The notes under the pieces were generated by a model. The model made no database searches. It had not been told where the DNA came from and saw only the letters and a list, made by a program, of their open reading frames with translations. The position numbers were made by a program, and so were the translations under genes. From Escherichia coli (GTDB lineage: Bacteria > Pseudomonadota > Gammaproteobacteria > Enterobacterales > Enterobacteriaceae), in the NCBI RefSeq assembly GCF_044647545.1, contig NZ_CP172818.1: 64,000 nucleotides of DNA; one strand, given 5' to 3'. Shown in pieces: positions 1 to 13,683 of the stretch (position 1 is its first letter; each line of letters begins with the position of its first letter).

Positions 1-1205
1 GGGTGACGGTACAGCATGTCGTACGGCAGGCCCAGCTCCAGACCAATCTTACGCACTTCGTCTTTGAACAGCTCTTTCAGCGGTTCAACCAGGCCCATCT
101 TCATCTCTTTCGGCAGGCCGCCCACGTTGTGGTGAGATTTGATGACATGTGCTTTACCGGTTGCAGAAGCAGCAGATTCGATAACGTCAGGGTAGATAGT
201 GCCCTGCGCCAGCCACTTCACGTCTTCCAGTTTCAGTGCTTCTTCATCGAATACTTCAACGAAAACGCGACCGATGATTTTACGTTTTGCTTCCGGATCG
301 TTTTCGCCAGCCAGCGCTGACAGGAAGCGATCTTCTGCCGGTACGTGAACAATGTTCAGACCAAAGTGATCGCCAAACATATCCAGAACCTGCTCTGCTT
401 CGTTGAGACGCAGCAGGCCGTTGTCGACGAATACGCAAGTCAGGTTTTTACCGATAGCGCGGTGCAGCAGCATTGCGGTTACGGAGGAATCCACACCACC
501 AGAGAGGCCGAGGATGACTTTATCGTCGCCTACCTGCTCGCGGATGCGAGCTACAGCATCGTCGATAATTTTCGCTGGCGTCCACAGGGCTTCACACTGG
601 CAGATATCACGCACAAAACGCTCCAGCATGCGCATACCCTGGCGAGTGTGAGTCACTTCCGGGTGGAACTGTACGCCATAGAAGCGTTTTTCTTCGTTAG
701 CCATGATGGCGAACGGGCAGCTTTCGGTGCTGGCTACGGTGATGAAGTCGGACGGGATAGCGGTAACTTTATCGCCGTGGCTCATCCAGACATCGAGCAG
801 AGGTTTACCGTCTGCTGTCAGAGCATCTTCGATACCGCGAACCAGTGCGCTGTCGTTTACGACTTCAACCTGCGCATAGCCAAATTCACGTTCGTTAGAG
901 GCTTCAACATGACCACCCAACTGCATTGCCATGGTCTGCATACCATAGCAAACGCCGAATACCGGTACGCCTGCTTCAAAGACATACTGCGGCGCACGCG
1001 GGCTGTTTTCTTCGGTGGTGCTTTCCGGGCCGCCGGAAAGAATAATGCCGCTTGGATTGAAGTCACGAATTTGTGCTTCTGTCACATCCCACGCCCACAG
1101 TTCGCAGTAAACACCCAGTTCACGCACGCGGCGCGCAACCAGTTGGGTGTACTGAGAACCGAAGTCCAGAATGAGGATGCGATGCTTATGAATGTTTTCC
1201 GTCAT
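1..1205 (-). CDS. guaA: GMP synthase (glutamine-hydrolysing), N-terminal ~400 codons; 3' end lies beyond the window start
   Basis: Minus-strand ATG at 1203-1205 translates [27 protein letters not shown]..., recognisable as GuaA. Absent from the ORF track because its stop is outside the window. The long plus-strand track ORFs 3..320 and 345..1208 are antisense shadows. Confidence 0.92.
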
Positions 1206-1273
1206 TGACGCTTATTCCGAGGCAAGTGAAACAGATAATATAAATCGCCCGACATGAAGTCGGGCGAAGAGAA

Positions 1274-2740
1274 TCAGGAGCCCAGACGGTAGTTCGGGGA
1301 CTCTTTAGTAATGGTCACGTCGTGAACGTGGCTTTCCTGAATGCCCGCACCGCTGATACGTACAAACTCCGCTTTAGTACGCAGTTCGTCGATAGTACCA
1401 CAGCCGGTCAGGCCCATACAGGAGCGCAGGCCGCCCATCTGCTGGTGAATGATCTCTTTCAGGCGACCTTTATAGGCCACGCGACCTTCGATACCTTCCG
1501 GCACCAGTTTGTCGGCAGCGTTGTCGCTCTGGAAGTAACGGTCAGAAGAACCTTTGGACATCGCGCCCAGAGAGCCCATCCCACGGTAAGACTTGTAAGA
1601 ACGGCCCTGGTAGAGCTCGATTTCACCTGGGGATTCTTCAGTACCCGCCAGCATGGAACCTACCATCACCGCGCTTGCACCAGCAGCGATAGCTTTGGCG
1701 ATATCGCCAGAGAAACGAATACCACCGTCAGCGATAACCGGAATCCCGGTGCCTTCCAGGGCTTCTACTGCGTCAGCAACGGCGGTGATCTGCGGAACAC
1801 CTACGCCAGTCACGATACGCGTCGTACAGATAGAGCCAGGGCCGATACCGACTTTAACCGCGCTGCAACCAGCTTCTGCCAGAGCGCGTGCCCCCGCAGC
1901 TGTTGCCACGTTGCCGCCGATGATTTGCAGATCCGGATATTTAGCACGAGTTTCACGGATACGCTGCAGAACGCCTTCAGAGTGACCGTGAGAGGAGTCG
2001 ATCAGCAGAACGTCAACGCCTGCGGCAACCAGCGCGTCGACACGCTCTTCGTTACCAGCGCCAGCGCCAACCGCTGCACCAACACGCAGACGGCCTTGCT
2101 CGTCTTTACAGGCGTTCGGTTTACGTTCCGCTTTCTGGAAGTCTTTCACAGTGATCATGCCGATCAGGTGGAATTCGTCATCAACCACCAGCGCCTTTTC
2201 AACGCGTTTTTCGTGCATTTTTGCCAGCACCACTTCACGGGCTTCGCCTTCACGCACGGTTACCAGACGCTCTTTCGGCGTCATGTAAACGCTAACCGGT
2301 TGATTCAGATCGGTCACAAAACGCACGTCACGACCGGTGATGATGCCGACCAGTTCGTTTTCTTCGGTAACCACCGGGTAACCCGCAAAGCCGTTACGTT
2401 CAGTCAGTTCTTTCACTTCACGCAGGGTGGTTGTCGGCAGCACGGTCTGCGGATCAGTTACCACGCCAGATTCGTGTTTTTTCACACGGCGAACTTCTTC
2501 TGCCTGGCGTTCAATGGACATGTTTTTGTGGATAAAGCCGATACCGCCTTCCTGAGCCAGAGCAATAGCCAGGCGCGCTTCCGTTACGGTATCCATTGCT
2601 GCGGAAAGCATAGGGATATTCAGACGAATAGTTTTCGTCAGCTGGGTGCTGAGGTCAGCAGTATTCGGCAGAACGGTAGAATGAGCAGGAACGAGGAGAA
2701 CGTCGTCAAACGTCAGAGCTTCTTTAGCGATACGTAGCAT
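1274..2740 (-). CDS. guaB: IMP dehydrogenase
   Basis: Track ORF 1274..2809 contains [18 protein letters not shown]... after a 23-codon upstream extension; start set at the internal Met to give 488 aa with CBS and IMPDH catalytic regions. Confidence 0.95.
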
Positions 2741-4245
<1,505 letters not shown>

Positions 4246-4268
4246 AAAAATCGCGTAAAAAGGTGCAT

Positions 4269-4488
4269 TAAGCCAGCACGAATTCAACGCGTTTTTTCGA
4301 TATTAAACCATGCCCATGCTGACAGAAGTAATCCACTGCACCACAAGCTTTTAACACCTGCAACGCCTGATGACACTCAGGACAAAGTGCCTTGATTTCG
4401 GTAAATTTTCTCCCGCAAGATCGACAACGAGCATCTCGCCGTTATCCTGATCAAGCATCATGCTAGATTGTGGACAATGCAGTTCCAT
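4269..4488 (-). pseudogene. yfgJ: yfgJ-like zinc-ribbon small protein, frame-disrupted
   Basis: Minus-strand ATG at 4486-4488 gives MELHCPQSSMMLDQDNGEMLVV... and stops after 45 codons. A second frame encodes ...ARCRSCGRKFTEIKALCPECHQALQVLKACGAVDYFCQHGHGLISKKRVEFVLA* ending at 4269-4271. The start-to-stop span is 220 nt, not a multiple of 3. Too short in either frame to appear in the ORF track. Confidence 0.45.
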
Positions 4489-4557
4489 ATGAAACGCTCC
4501 ACATTCGCAGCCATTCCCTCTCCGTTCAGAAAGGGAAAGCAGATAAAAACACGATAA

Positions 4558-6030
4558 TTACTTACTTTTCTTGATGTGCTTCATCAGACGCTTACGCTTG
4601 CGCATCTGAGTCGGCGTCAGGGTATTACGCTTGTTCGCATACGGGTTTTCCCCTTCTTTGAACTGAATACGAATCGGCGATCCCATTACGTCCAGCGATT
4701 TGCGGAAGTAGTTCATCAGGTAACGCTTGTAGGAATCAGGCAGGTCTTTCACCTGATTACCGTGAATCACCACAATCGGCGGGTTATAACCCCCGGCGTG
4801 GGCATATTTCAGCTTCACTCGACGACCGCGTACCAGCGGCGGTTGGTGATCTTCAACCGCCATCGTCATGATGCGCGTCAGCATAGAGGTCCCCACACGA
4901 CGGGTGGAGCTGTCATACGCTTCACGTACTGATTCAAACAAGTTACCAACACCACTGCCGTGCAAGGCAGAGATAAAGTGCACACGAGCAAAATCGATAA
5001 AGCCCAGACGGAAGTCCAGCGTCTCTTTCACCTGCTCTTTCACTTCCTGGCTCAGGCCGTCCCACTTGTTCACTACAATCACAAGTGAGCGCCCACTATT
5101 GAGAATAAAGCCCAGCAAGGAGAGATCCTGATCGGAAATACCTTCACGCGCATCAATCACCAACATCACCACGTTGGCATCTTCAATGGCCTGCAACGTT
5201 TTGATTACCGAGAACTTCTCTACCGCATCGGTGATTTTGCCGCGTTTACGTACGCCAGCGGTGTCAATGAGCACATACTCACGTCCGTCGCGTTCCATTG
5301 GAATGTAGATACTGTCACGCGTCGTGCCAGGCATGTCGTAAACAACAACGCGTTCTTCACCGAGAATACGGTTAGTGAGCGTAGACTTACCGACGTTCGG
5401 ACGACCCACAATCGCCAGTTTGATCGGCAGACTTTGCGGGTCGAAGTCGTCTTCCTCTTCTTCTTCGCCGTTCTCTTCCGCTTCAAATTGCGCCCAGTAT
5501 TCGGCGTCTTCGTCGACTTCTTCTTGCGGTGCGAGATCTTCCATCCACGGCAGCAGCACGTGCTCCAGCAGACTTAATACGCCACGACCGTGAGACGCGG
5601 CGATCGGGTAGATTTCACCTAAACCAAGCGAGTAGAAATCAACCACTGCCTGATCGGGATCCAGACCGTCAGTTTTGTTTGCCACCAGGAAGGTCGGTTT
5701 TTCACGGGAGCGCAGATGTTTAGCAATCGCTTCATCCGCCGGCATCAGGCCCGCGCGCGCATCCACCATAAACAGTACGACGTCCGCTTCTTCAATCGCC
5801 AGCAGCGACTGTTCCGCCATGCGGGTTTCTACACCGTCTTCTGTGCCATCAATCCCGCCGGTATCAATGCAGATAAACTCACGGCCTTCAATTTCCGCAC
5901 GACCGTACTTACGGTCACGAGTCAGACCCGGGAAATCCGCAACCAGCGCATCTCGGGTGCGAGTTAGACGGTTAAATAACGTGGATTTTCCTACGTTAGG
6001 GCGCCCGACAAGCGCGACCACAGGTACCAT
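4558..6030 (-). CDS. der: Ribosome-associated GTPase Der (EngA), tandem GTPase domains
   Basis: Track ORF 4558..6069 contains [22 protein letters not shown]... after a 13-codon extension; two G domains (GRPNVGKS repeated); 490 aa. Confidence 0.93.
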   Translation of the reverse strand: MVPVVALVGRPNVGKSTLFNRLTRTRDALVADFPGLTRDRKYGRAEIEGREFICIDTGGIDGTEDGVETRMAEQSLLAIEEADVVLFMVDARAGLMPADEAIAKHLRSREKPTFLVANKTDGLDPDQAVVDFYSLGLGEIYPIAASHGRGVLSLLEHVLLPWMEDLAPQEEVDEDAEYWAQFEAEENGEEEEEDDFDPQSLPIKLAIVGRPNVGKSTLTNRILGEERVVVYDMPGTTRDSIYIPMERDGREYVLIDTAGVRKRGKITDAVEKFSVIKTLQAIEDANVVMLVIDAREGISDQDLSLLGFILNSGRSLVIVVNKWDGLSQEVKEQVKETLDFRLGFIDFARVHFISALHGSGVGNLFESVREAYDSSTRRVGTSMLTRIMTMAVEDHQPPLVRGRRVKLKYAHAGGYNPPIVVIHGNQVKDLPDSYKRYLMNYFRKSLDVMGSPIRIQFKEGENPYANKRNTLTPTQMRKRKRLMKHIKKSK

Positions 6031-6147
6031 GTTTAAAGCCTCATTTTTATAAATCATCAGACAACGCACGCTATATTCGTGTCGTTGTTAAAAACAGGAA
6101 AACGGCCCCTGTCCAGGAGCCGTTTTCAAAGTGAACGACAGAGACGA

Positions 6148-7326
6148 TTAACGTGTAATAGAGTACACGGTTCCGTCTTTTGCCTGGATCAGCAGTTTGC
6201 CGTCAGCGGCAACCGGTTCAGTCTGGAAACCGGAACTATCAACTTTTTGCTGGGCAACGAAACGACCATCTTCGACGTTAATCCAGTGCAGATAACCTTC
6301 ACTGTCACCTACCACCAGGTTGCCATTATACAGCACCGGAGAAGTCAGCAGGCGATGCAGCAGATCGCTTTGTGTCCACAGCGTAACGCCGCCATCAATG
6401 GTCAACGCCATCACCCGGTCATTTTGATCGACCAGATAGATGCGATTGCCGTCGACGATGAAATCATTCACCGAACCCAGTTCGCGTTTCCACATAATCT
6501 GACCACTGCGCAGATCAAGCGCCGTCAGGTTACCATTATAGGCCAGCGCGAAAACAACGCCGTTAACAACGACGGGTGTCGTGTCAACATCGCTCAGACG
6601 GTCAATTTCGGTAGAACCGGTCGCCTGGGAAATACGCTGCTGCCAAATCATCTGGCCCTGTTCCATCAGCACTGCGCTGACGCGACCATTATCGCCACCC
6701 ACGACGGCCGCACCAAAAGCCGTTGCCGGCGCAGACTCGCCACGCAAAGAGAGCGAAGGCATATCGAGGTTAACTGTCCATTTGACAGCGCCGTCAGCTT
6801 CGTTCAGCGCTTGTAACTGACCGTTACTGGTGTGGATTAACACCAGACCGTCGCTGACCACCGGACGCGAAAGTGCTTCACCCGCGACTTTAGTTTGCCA
6901 TGCCACAGTACCATCGCTGGTATTCAGCGCGTAAACCTGCGCCTTTTCGCTGCCAATGTAGACATGCCCACCAGACACGGTCACACCGCCAGAAAGTAAT
7001 GCAGGCTCTTTAGAGAACCAGCCATCTTTCTCGGCCAGGCTGACAGACCAGATTTCTTTGCCATCATCCGCATTCAGCGCTTTTACTAAACCAGCGCGGT
7101 CCGCTGCATAGACAACGTTGTCCGCCAGTGCCGGATGAAGATTGGAATAGAAGTTGCCAATGCCGCTACCAACGGAAGTGCTCCACGCAGTAGTCGGCGT
7201 AAACTGGTTTTCAACGGTTGGCAATGGGGACATCTTTACCACATCTTCTTCGCTGTTAAACAGCGAACAGCCGCTTAAAAGGGTAACGGAAAGCAGTCCT
7301 GGCAGCAGTAATTTACGCAATTGCAT
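6148..7326 (-). CDS. bamB: Outer membrane protein assembly factor BamB (lipoprotein, beta-propeller)
   Basis: 392 aa, MQLRKLLLPGLLSVTLLSGCSLF... with lipobox LSGC and PQQ-like repeats. Confidence 0.93.
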   Translation of the reverse strand: MQLRKLLLPGLLSVTLLSGCSLFNSEEDVVKMSPLPTVENQFTPTTAWSTSVGSGIGNFYSNLHPALADNVVYAADRAGLVKALNADDGKEIWSVSLAEKDGWFSKEPALLSGGVTVSGGHVYIGSEKAQVYALNTSDGTVAWQTKVAGEALSRPVVSDGLVLIHTSNGQLQALNEADGAVKWTVNLDMPSLSLRGESAPATAFGAAVVGGDNGRVSAVLMEQGQMIWQQRISQATGSTEIDRLSDVDTTPVVVNGVVFALAYNGNLTALDLRSGQIMWKRELGSVNDFIVDGNRIYLVDQNDRVMALTIDGGVTLWTQSDLLHRLLTSPVLYNGNLVVGDSEGYLHWINVEDGRFVAQQKVDSSGFQTEPVAADGKLLIQAKDGTVYSITR

Positions 7327-7336
7327 CGGGTCCCTC

Positions 7337-7957
7337 TCAGATGGACAAATTATTAATTTTCATCTGCATCATTTCGCTCAGTGCCGGGGTAACATCGCTT
7401 TTCACGCCTGCTTCCCATGCACTACGCGCACCTTGCTTATCACCTTTGCTCAGCAATGCTTCGCCACGCAGGTCGGCAACAATGGCAGCCCACCCTTCAC
7501 CTTTGATGGTATCGAGGGTCTTCAGCGCGGCATCAGCCTGCTTGAGCTGTACCTGAACGCGGGCAAGACGCAGATTTATCACGGCTTTGAGATTTTCATC
7601 GCTCGTGTCCGCCAATCCCTGTTGTAACTGGGTGGCAGCTTTCTCTAGTTCATTTTTGTCAACAAATTGCTGCGCAAGTTCCAAAGAAGCCAGCGCACCA
7701 TAGGTATTTTTATTTTCAGCAGCAAATTTTTCCGCCGCCGGGATGCTATCCGGTTTGCCTTCGCTCACTGCGGTAACCGCATTTTGATAGGCAAGAGAAG
7801 CGGAGCGTGCAGAATCAACCTGATGGCTATTCCAGTAGCGCCAGCCAATCAGTGCGCCAACGCCCAAAATCACCCCAACAGCCAGTGCTTTGCCATTTTC
7901 AGCAAAAAAGCGTTTAACCGCTTCAACCTGGTCGTTTTCGTTCTCGTAAATTTCCAC
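7337..7957 (-). CDS. yfgM: Ancillary SecYEG translocon subunit / TPR-like membrane protein YfgM
   Basis: 206 aa, MEIYENENDQVEAVKRFFAENGKALAVGVILGVGALIGW...; single TM segment followed by a TPR-like domain. Confidence 0.9.
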   Translation of the reverse strand: MEIYENENDQVEAVKRFFAENGKALAVGVILGVGALIGWRYWNSHQVDSARSASLAYQNAVTAVSEGKPDSIPAAEKFAAENKNTYGALASLELAQQFVDKNELEKAATQLQQGLADTSDENLKAVINLRLARVQVQLKQADAALKTLDTIKGEGWAAIVADLRGEALLSKGDKQGARSAWEAGVKSDVTPALSEMMQMKINNLSI

Positions 7958-7974
7958 GCTGTCCTTCTCCTTCC

Positions 7975-9249
7975 TTAACCCAGTAACGTGCGCAAATGCG
8001 CGGCTACGCTATCCTGCGCAACTGCCGTTTGCTCACCAGAGCGCAAATCCTTCACTACTGCTGTGCCGTTAGCCACTTCAGACTCACCCAGCACCACAGC
8101 AACGCGGGCACCCCATTTATCAGCACGGGCAAACTGTTTCTTAAAGTTGCCGCCGCCGTGGTTGGTCATCAATTTCACGCCCGGTAATTCATCACGCAGA
8201 CGCTCAGCTAATGCCATAGCCGCAGATTGTGTATCAGCACCTGAAGCCACCAGGTATATATCGACAACAGGATCGGCTTTAAATTCCGGATTAACGGCCT
8301 GTACTAACAATACAAGACGTTCGAGGCCCATCGCAAAACCGACAGCCGGTGTTGCACGACCGCCCAGTTGTTCCACCAGACCGTCATAACGACCGCCTGC
8401 ACACACGGTGCCCTGGGAGCCGAGACTGTTAGTCACCCACTCGAAAACGGTACGGTTATAGTAATCCAGACCACGCACCAGACGCTGGTTGACGGTGTAA
8501 GCGATCCCCGCGCTCTCAAGCAGTTTGCACAGACCGGCAAAATGCTCACGAGATTCCTCGTCCAGATAATCGCCTAATGCCGGAGCGTCGTTGAGAAGCG
8601 CCTGCACTTCCGGATTTTTTGAATCCAGCACGCGCAGCGGGTTAGTGTACATGCGGCGTTTGCAGTCTTCGTCCAGCTTTTCTTTATGCTGCTCAAGGAA
8701 TGCCACCAGCGCATCGCGGTAATTGGCGCGTGCTTCCAGCGAACCGATAGAGTTCAGCTCAAGAGTTACGTGCTCGGAAATACCCAGCGCGCGCCACCAG
8801 CGGGCAGTGAGCATAATCAGTTCGGCGTCGATATCCGGACCTTGCAGACCGAAAACTTCGCAGCCCAACTGATGGAACTGACGATAACGCCCTTTCTGCG
8901 GACGCTCGTGACGGAACATAGGCCCGATATACCACAGACGCTGTTCCTGATTGTACAGAAGACCATGCTCGATGCCGGCGCGTACACAGCCCGCCGTCCC
9001 TTCAGGGCGCAGAGTCAGGCTGTCGCCATTGCGATCCTCAAAGGTGTACATCTCTTTTTCAACCACGTCGGTGACTTCACCAATCGCACGTTTGAATAGC
9101 GGGGTCTGCTCTACAATCGGCAAGCGGATTTCACTGTAACCGTAGCTGCCGAGCACGTTTTTCAGTGTGCCTTCAATGCGCTGCCAGATGGCCGTTTCGC
9201 CAGGCAGGTAATCGTTCATGCCGCGAATGGCTTGAATGTTTTTTGCCAC
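7975..9249 (-). CDS. hisS: Histidine--tRNA ligase
   Basis: 424 aa, [33 protein letters not shown]...; class II aaRS motifs. Confidence 0.95.
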
Positions 9250-9359
9250 GTTTATTCTCTTTCTGAATATAAAAATGAACCCTCAACGCTTCCCTCAATG
9301 TTTCGGGAGCCATGCGGGTTCAATCATACACGGGAAGCGAGGCGCTTCCCATCACGTTA

Positions 9360-10478
9360 TTATTTTTCAACCTGCTGAACGTCAATTCGACGCGCTTCGT
9401 CCAGCTGACTGGCTTTCGCACGAATGCGCGCTTCCAGCTGGTCGATCATATCGTTGTTGTCCAGACGGTCTTTGCGCACGCCATCTTCATAGAGGCCGCT
9501 TTTCTTGTTGCCGCCGGTGACGCCGAGTGTAGAAACCAGCGCCTCACCTGGGCCATTCACCACGCAGCCGATAATCGAAACGTCCATCGGAGTGATGATA
9601 TCTTCCAGGCGTTGCTCCAGCGCGTTAACCGTACCGATAACATCAAACTCCTGACGCGAACAGGTTGGACAGGCGATGAAGTTGATCCCGCGCGAACGGA
9701 TACGCAGCGATTTCAAAATATCGAAACCGACTTTGATCTCTTCGACCGGATCGGCCGCCAGCGATACGCGCAGCGTGTCGCCGATGCCTTCAGACAGCAG
9801 CAGACCTAAACCAATGGCGGATTTAACCGCCCCGCTGCGCGCACCACCCGCTTCGGTGATCCCCAGATGCAGCGGCTGATCGATCTGTTTTGCCAGCAAA
9901 CGATAAGACTCAACAGCGAGGAAGACGTCAGACGCTTTCACGCTGACTTTGAACTGATCGAAGTTCAGGCGATCGAGATGATCAACATGACGCATGGCGG
10001 ATTCCAGCAACGCCTGCGGCGTCGGTTCGCCATACTTTTCTTGCAGATCTTTTTCCAGCGATCCGGCGTTAACGCCAATACGGATCGGAATGTTTTTATC
10101 GCGCGCACAGTCAACCACCATGCGAATACGCTCTTCATTACCGATATTGCCAGGGTTAATACGCAGACAATCGACGCCGTATTCCGCTACTTTCAGCGCA
10201 ATGCGATAGTCGAAATGGATGTCAGCCACCAGCGGCACGTTAACCTGCTGTTTGATGAGTTTGAACGCTTCTGCCGCGTCCATCGTCGGTACGGAGACAC
10301 GGACGATATCAGCGCCAACACGTTCCAGCGCCTTGATTTGATTGACCGTTGCTTCGACGTCTGTCGTACGCGTATTGGTCATGGACTGTACGGCGATGGG
10401 AGCACCATCGCCAATCGGCACATTCCCAACGTAAATACGTGTTGATTTTCTACGTTGAATTGGAGCCTGGTTATGCAT
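9360..10478 (-). CDS. ispG: 4-hydroxy-3-methylbut-2-en-1-yl diphosphate synthase (IspG/GcpE)
   Basis: 372 aa, [36 protein letters not shown]...; C-terminal CPTCSR iron-sulfur motif. Confidence 0.95.
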
Positions 10479-10504
10479 GAAAAATCTCCCGCGTTACCCG
10501 TCTG

Positions 10505-11515
10505 TTACTGCGCCGGTGATTGTTCGGCATTGAGGGTCAGACGCGCAACCTGGTTAGTTCTGATAAAACGACTCAGATCGACAGGTTTCCCTTGATACTG
10601 GATCTGTACTGCGGCTGGCGCACCAATTTTCAGTTTGTACGGTGCCTGGCCGGTTAAGTTCAAATTACCGTCTTTACGCTGCATACCGCTAAACAGTTTT
10701 TTACCGGTAGCATCGGTGACTTCCAGCCAGCAATCGGCAGTAAAGTTCATCACCAGCGCATTCGGGTCAACCGCCGGCGTAGTCACGCCAGCCTGATCGG
10801 TTGGCAACGGCGCAGCGCCATCTGGTGTTGTTGTTGCCGCTGGTGCCGGAGTCGCAGCGGTATCAACATTTGCCTGCGAAGGTGGAACAACCGCATTCTG
10901 TTGTGAATCGACGGTTGGCGATGGAGCCGTCGTCGCGGCAGGTGTTTGCGTGTTAGTTGCGGTGGTATCCACCGGTGATGTCGGCGTGGTCGCCATAGCC
11001 TGATCTGTGGTTGTCGACGTATCTAACGGTACACTCTGGCTTTGATTATTATTCAGTTCCGCAGAAGATTGATCGGCCATAGTGGTGATCTCTTCCTGCT
11101 GAGCTTTGTGGTCTTGCCACCACCAGGCACCGCTCAGGCCAATAACCACAAACAACACCAGCCAGGTGAAGGTCATCAGCCAGCCGTCACGTTTTTTGCG
11201 GCGTTTACCGAGGGAAAAACTCTGCATCGGCGCAACTTTTGCAGCCCGTAGTGGAGCCTGCTTTTCCAGCCCTGGCAGCAGTTCTTCTTCTGGAATATGT
11301 ACCAGACGCGCATAAGAGCGGATATATCCGCGCAGGAATGTTGAAGCAAGATCGGCGGGTGCCTTATCTTCTTCAATGTCGCGTACCGTGGAAACCTTCA
11401 GGCAAAGTCGCTCGGCAACGGCCTGTTGACTAAGTCCTAGTTGTTCGCGAGCATTACGCAGGCGAGCGCCGGTAGTAAGTGCTTCATTTTGGTCGTGCGT
11501 GGCTTCAGTATTCAT
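10505..11515 (-). CDS. rodZ: Cytoskeleton protein RodZ (HTH domain, TM segment, low-complexity Thr/Pro/Ala linker)
   Basis: 336 aa, [37 protein letters not shown]...; long T/P/A-rich periplasmic linker. Confidence 0.9.
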   Translation of the reverse strand: MNTEATHDQNEALTTGARLRNAREQLGLSQQAVAERLCLKVSTVRDIEEDKAPADLASTFLRGYIRSYARLVHIPEEELLPGLEKQAPLRAAKVAPMQSFSLGKRRKKRDGWLMTFTWLVLFVVIGLSGAWWWQDHKAQQEEITTMADQSSAELNNNQSQSVPLDTSTTTDQAMATTPTSPVDTTATNTQTPAATTAPSPTVDSQQNAVVPPSQANVDTAATPAPAATTTPDGAAPLPTDQAGVTTPAVDPNALVMNFTADCWLEVTDATGKKLFSGMQRKDGNLNLTGQAPYKLKIGAPAAVQIQYQGKPVDLSRFIRTNQVARLTLNAEQSPAQ

Positions 11516-11799
11516 TCGCTGCAGGTACGTTTAAATGAGAATTGAGATGCCGGTGAACCATCATGCTCACCCACACCGCGAAACATCCGTTAAGTTAACC
11601 GTTATCATACAGTATAAGACCGTCTGTGTGCTCGTGACAAAGCCCACATTCACTAAGGCTAACTTACTGTTGCATCGTTACATACTGCCTTAAAGTCAGC
11701 AAAAACGCACCGTTAATATTGACCAGACAATTGCAACTTAATACTTCATTCATAAAAGATTACGCCACGGTACATAAAGTAACCGTGGCGTAATGGCTA

Positions 11800-12954
11800 T
11801 CAGACCGCTTTAATATCGATGGCTTCACCCTGCATCCGTTTACGCAGGGTACGTTTCGTACGGTCGATAACATCGCCCGCCAACTGACCACAGGCAGCAT
11901 CGATATCATCACCACGAGTTTTACGCACAATAGTGGTGAAACCGTAGCTCATCAGCACTTTAGAGAAACGGTCGATACGACTGTTTGAGCTGCGTCCATA
12001 CGGCGCGCCAGGGAACGGGTTCCACGGGATCAGGTTGATCTTACACGGCGTATCTTTCAGTAGCTCCGCCAGTTGGTGCGCGTGTTCAGTGCCGTCGTTA
12101 ACGTGGTCAAGCATCACGTATTCAATAGTGACTCGGCCCTGATTGGCGTTGGATTTCTCCAGATAACGGCGTACCGCAGCAAGGAACGTTTCGATATTGT
12201 ACTTTTTGTTGATCGGCACAATTTCGTCACGAATTTCGTCGTTCGGCGCGTGCAGGGAAATTGCCAGTGCAACGTCGATCATATCGCCCAGTTTATCCAG
12301 CGCCGGAACTACACCGGAAGTGGAAAGCGTCACGCGACGTTTTGACAGGCCAAAACCGAAATCATCAAGCATGATTTCCATCGCCGGAACGACGTTGTTC
12401 AGGTTGAGCAGCGGCTCGCCCATACCCATCATCACGACGTTAGTGATTGGGCGCTGACCGGTGACTTTTGCTGCGCCGACAATTTTCGCCGCACGCCACA
12501 CCTGACCGATAATTTCCGATACCCGCAGGTTGCGGTTAAAGCCCTGCTGGGCGGTGGAACAGAATTTACACTCCAGCGCACACCCCACCTGCGAAGAGAC
12601 GCAGAGCGTGGCACGGTCGTCTTCCGGGATATACACCGTTTCGACGCGCTGATCGCCAACGGCAATTGCCCATTTAATGGTGCCGTCAGATGAACGCTGT
12701 TCTTCAACCACTTCCGGTGCACGGATTTCCGCCACCTCTTTCAGTTTGCCGCGCAACACTTTGTTGATGTCGGTCATCTCATCAAAGTTGTCGCAGCAAT
12801 AGTGATACATCCACTTCATCACCTGATCGGCGCGGAAGGGTTTTTCACCTAAATCTTTAAAAAACTCCCGCATCTGCTGACGGTTGAGATCCAGCAGGTT
12901 GATTTTTCCATCTTTAGTGGTGACGTTTTCAGGTGTGACTAATTGTTCAGACAT
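11800..12954 (-). CDS. rlmN: Dual-specificity rRNA/tRNA adenine-C2 methyltransferase RlmN (radical SAM)
   Basis: 384 aa, [32 protein letters not shown]...; CALECKFC radical-SAM cysteine motif. Confidence 0.93.
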
Positions 12955-13103
12955 ATGCTATTCCGGCCTCGTTATTACACGTTATGGCCCCTGGAGGGTT
13001 GAAAAAAGAAACGCCCCGGTGAGCGGCTGCTCGTCCGGGGGCGCTGCATTGTACAAATTCTGGCGCACGGATGCCACGTTTGCACGTAGCATTTACGAAA
13101 TTA

Positions 13104-13535
13104 TTAACGGGTGCGCGGGCACACTTCGCCTTCGCCGAAGAAATAAGCGATTTCGCGAGCGGCAGATTCGACGGAATCAGAACCGTGGGTACCATTTTCG
13201 GTCAGGCTGTCAGCGTAATCAGCACGCAGAGTACCGGCCAGTGCGTTTGCCGGATTGGTCGCGCCCAGCAGATCGCGGTGACGCTGAACAGCATTTTCAC
13301 CTTCCAGCACGGAAACAACGATCGGGCCAGAAGTCATGAATTCAACCAGACCATCAAAGAACGGTTTTCCATCGTGTTCAGCATAAAAGCCACGAGCCTG
13401 TTCAACGGTCAGGTGCAGCATTTTGGTGCCGACAATTTTGAACCCTGCAGCTTCAAAGCGCGCAAAGATACTACCAATCACGTTTTTTGCTACCGCGTTC
13501 GGTTTGATGATGGAAAAAGTACGTTCAATAGCCAT
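13104..13535 (-). CDS. ndk: Nucleoside diphosphate kinase
   Basis: 143 aa, [39 protein letters not shown]... Confidence 0.95.
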
Positions 13536-13683
13536 TTTTACCTCTGTAAATTGTTCTGTTGTTGTCTGTACCAGCGTACGAGATGGCGCGGATTATAATG
13601 AGCAACAGAGCCGTTGACTATTGATGAAGGTAACATTTTTTTAAAATAAACCCAGTTTAAGCAACAATCAGGGGCAAAACAGA

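Noticed and set aside
1322-2737. 471-aa plus-strand ORF, and similar long ORFs at 345..1208, 6079..6816, 23798..24481, 30767..31534, 31791..32441, 44186..45016, 52714..53661, 59881..60672 and 62197..63189
   Set aside because: All lie entirely antisense to well-supported genes (guaB, guaA, bamB, pepB, trmJ, suhB, yphD, glyA, purL). They have low-complexity, Arg/His-rich translations and are shadow ORFs typical of GC-rich coding DNA.
4483-4491. CATATG (NdeI) at the yfgJ start codon, plus GCTAGC and AGATCT near csiE, as signs of engineering
   Set aside because: Six-bp sites are expected by chance many times in 64 kb; there are no vector-derived flanks, tags or scars.
10505-11515. rodZ appears one codon shorter than the length I recall for K-12 (336 versus 337)
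   Set aside because: The difference falls in a low-complexity Thr/Pro/Ala linker that varies between strains, and my recollection of the reference length is not reliable enough to call it.
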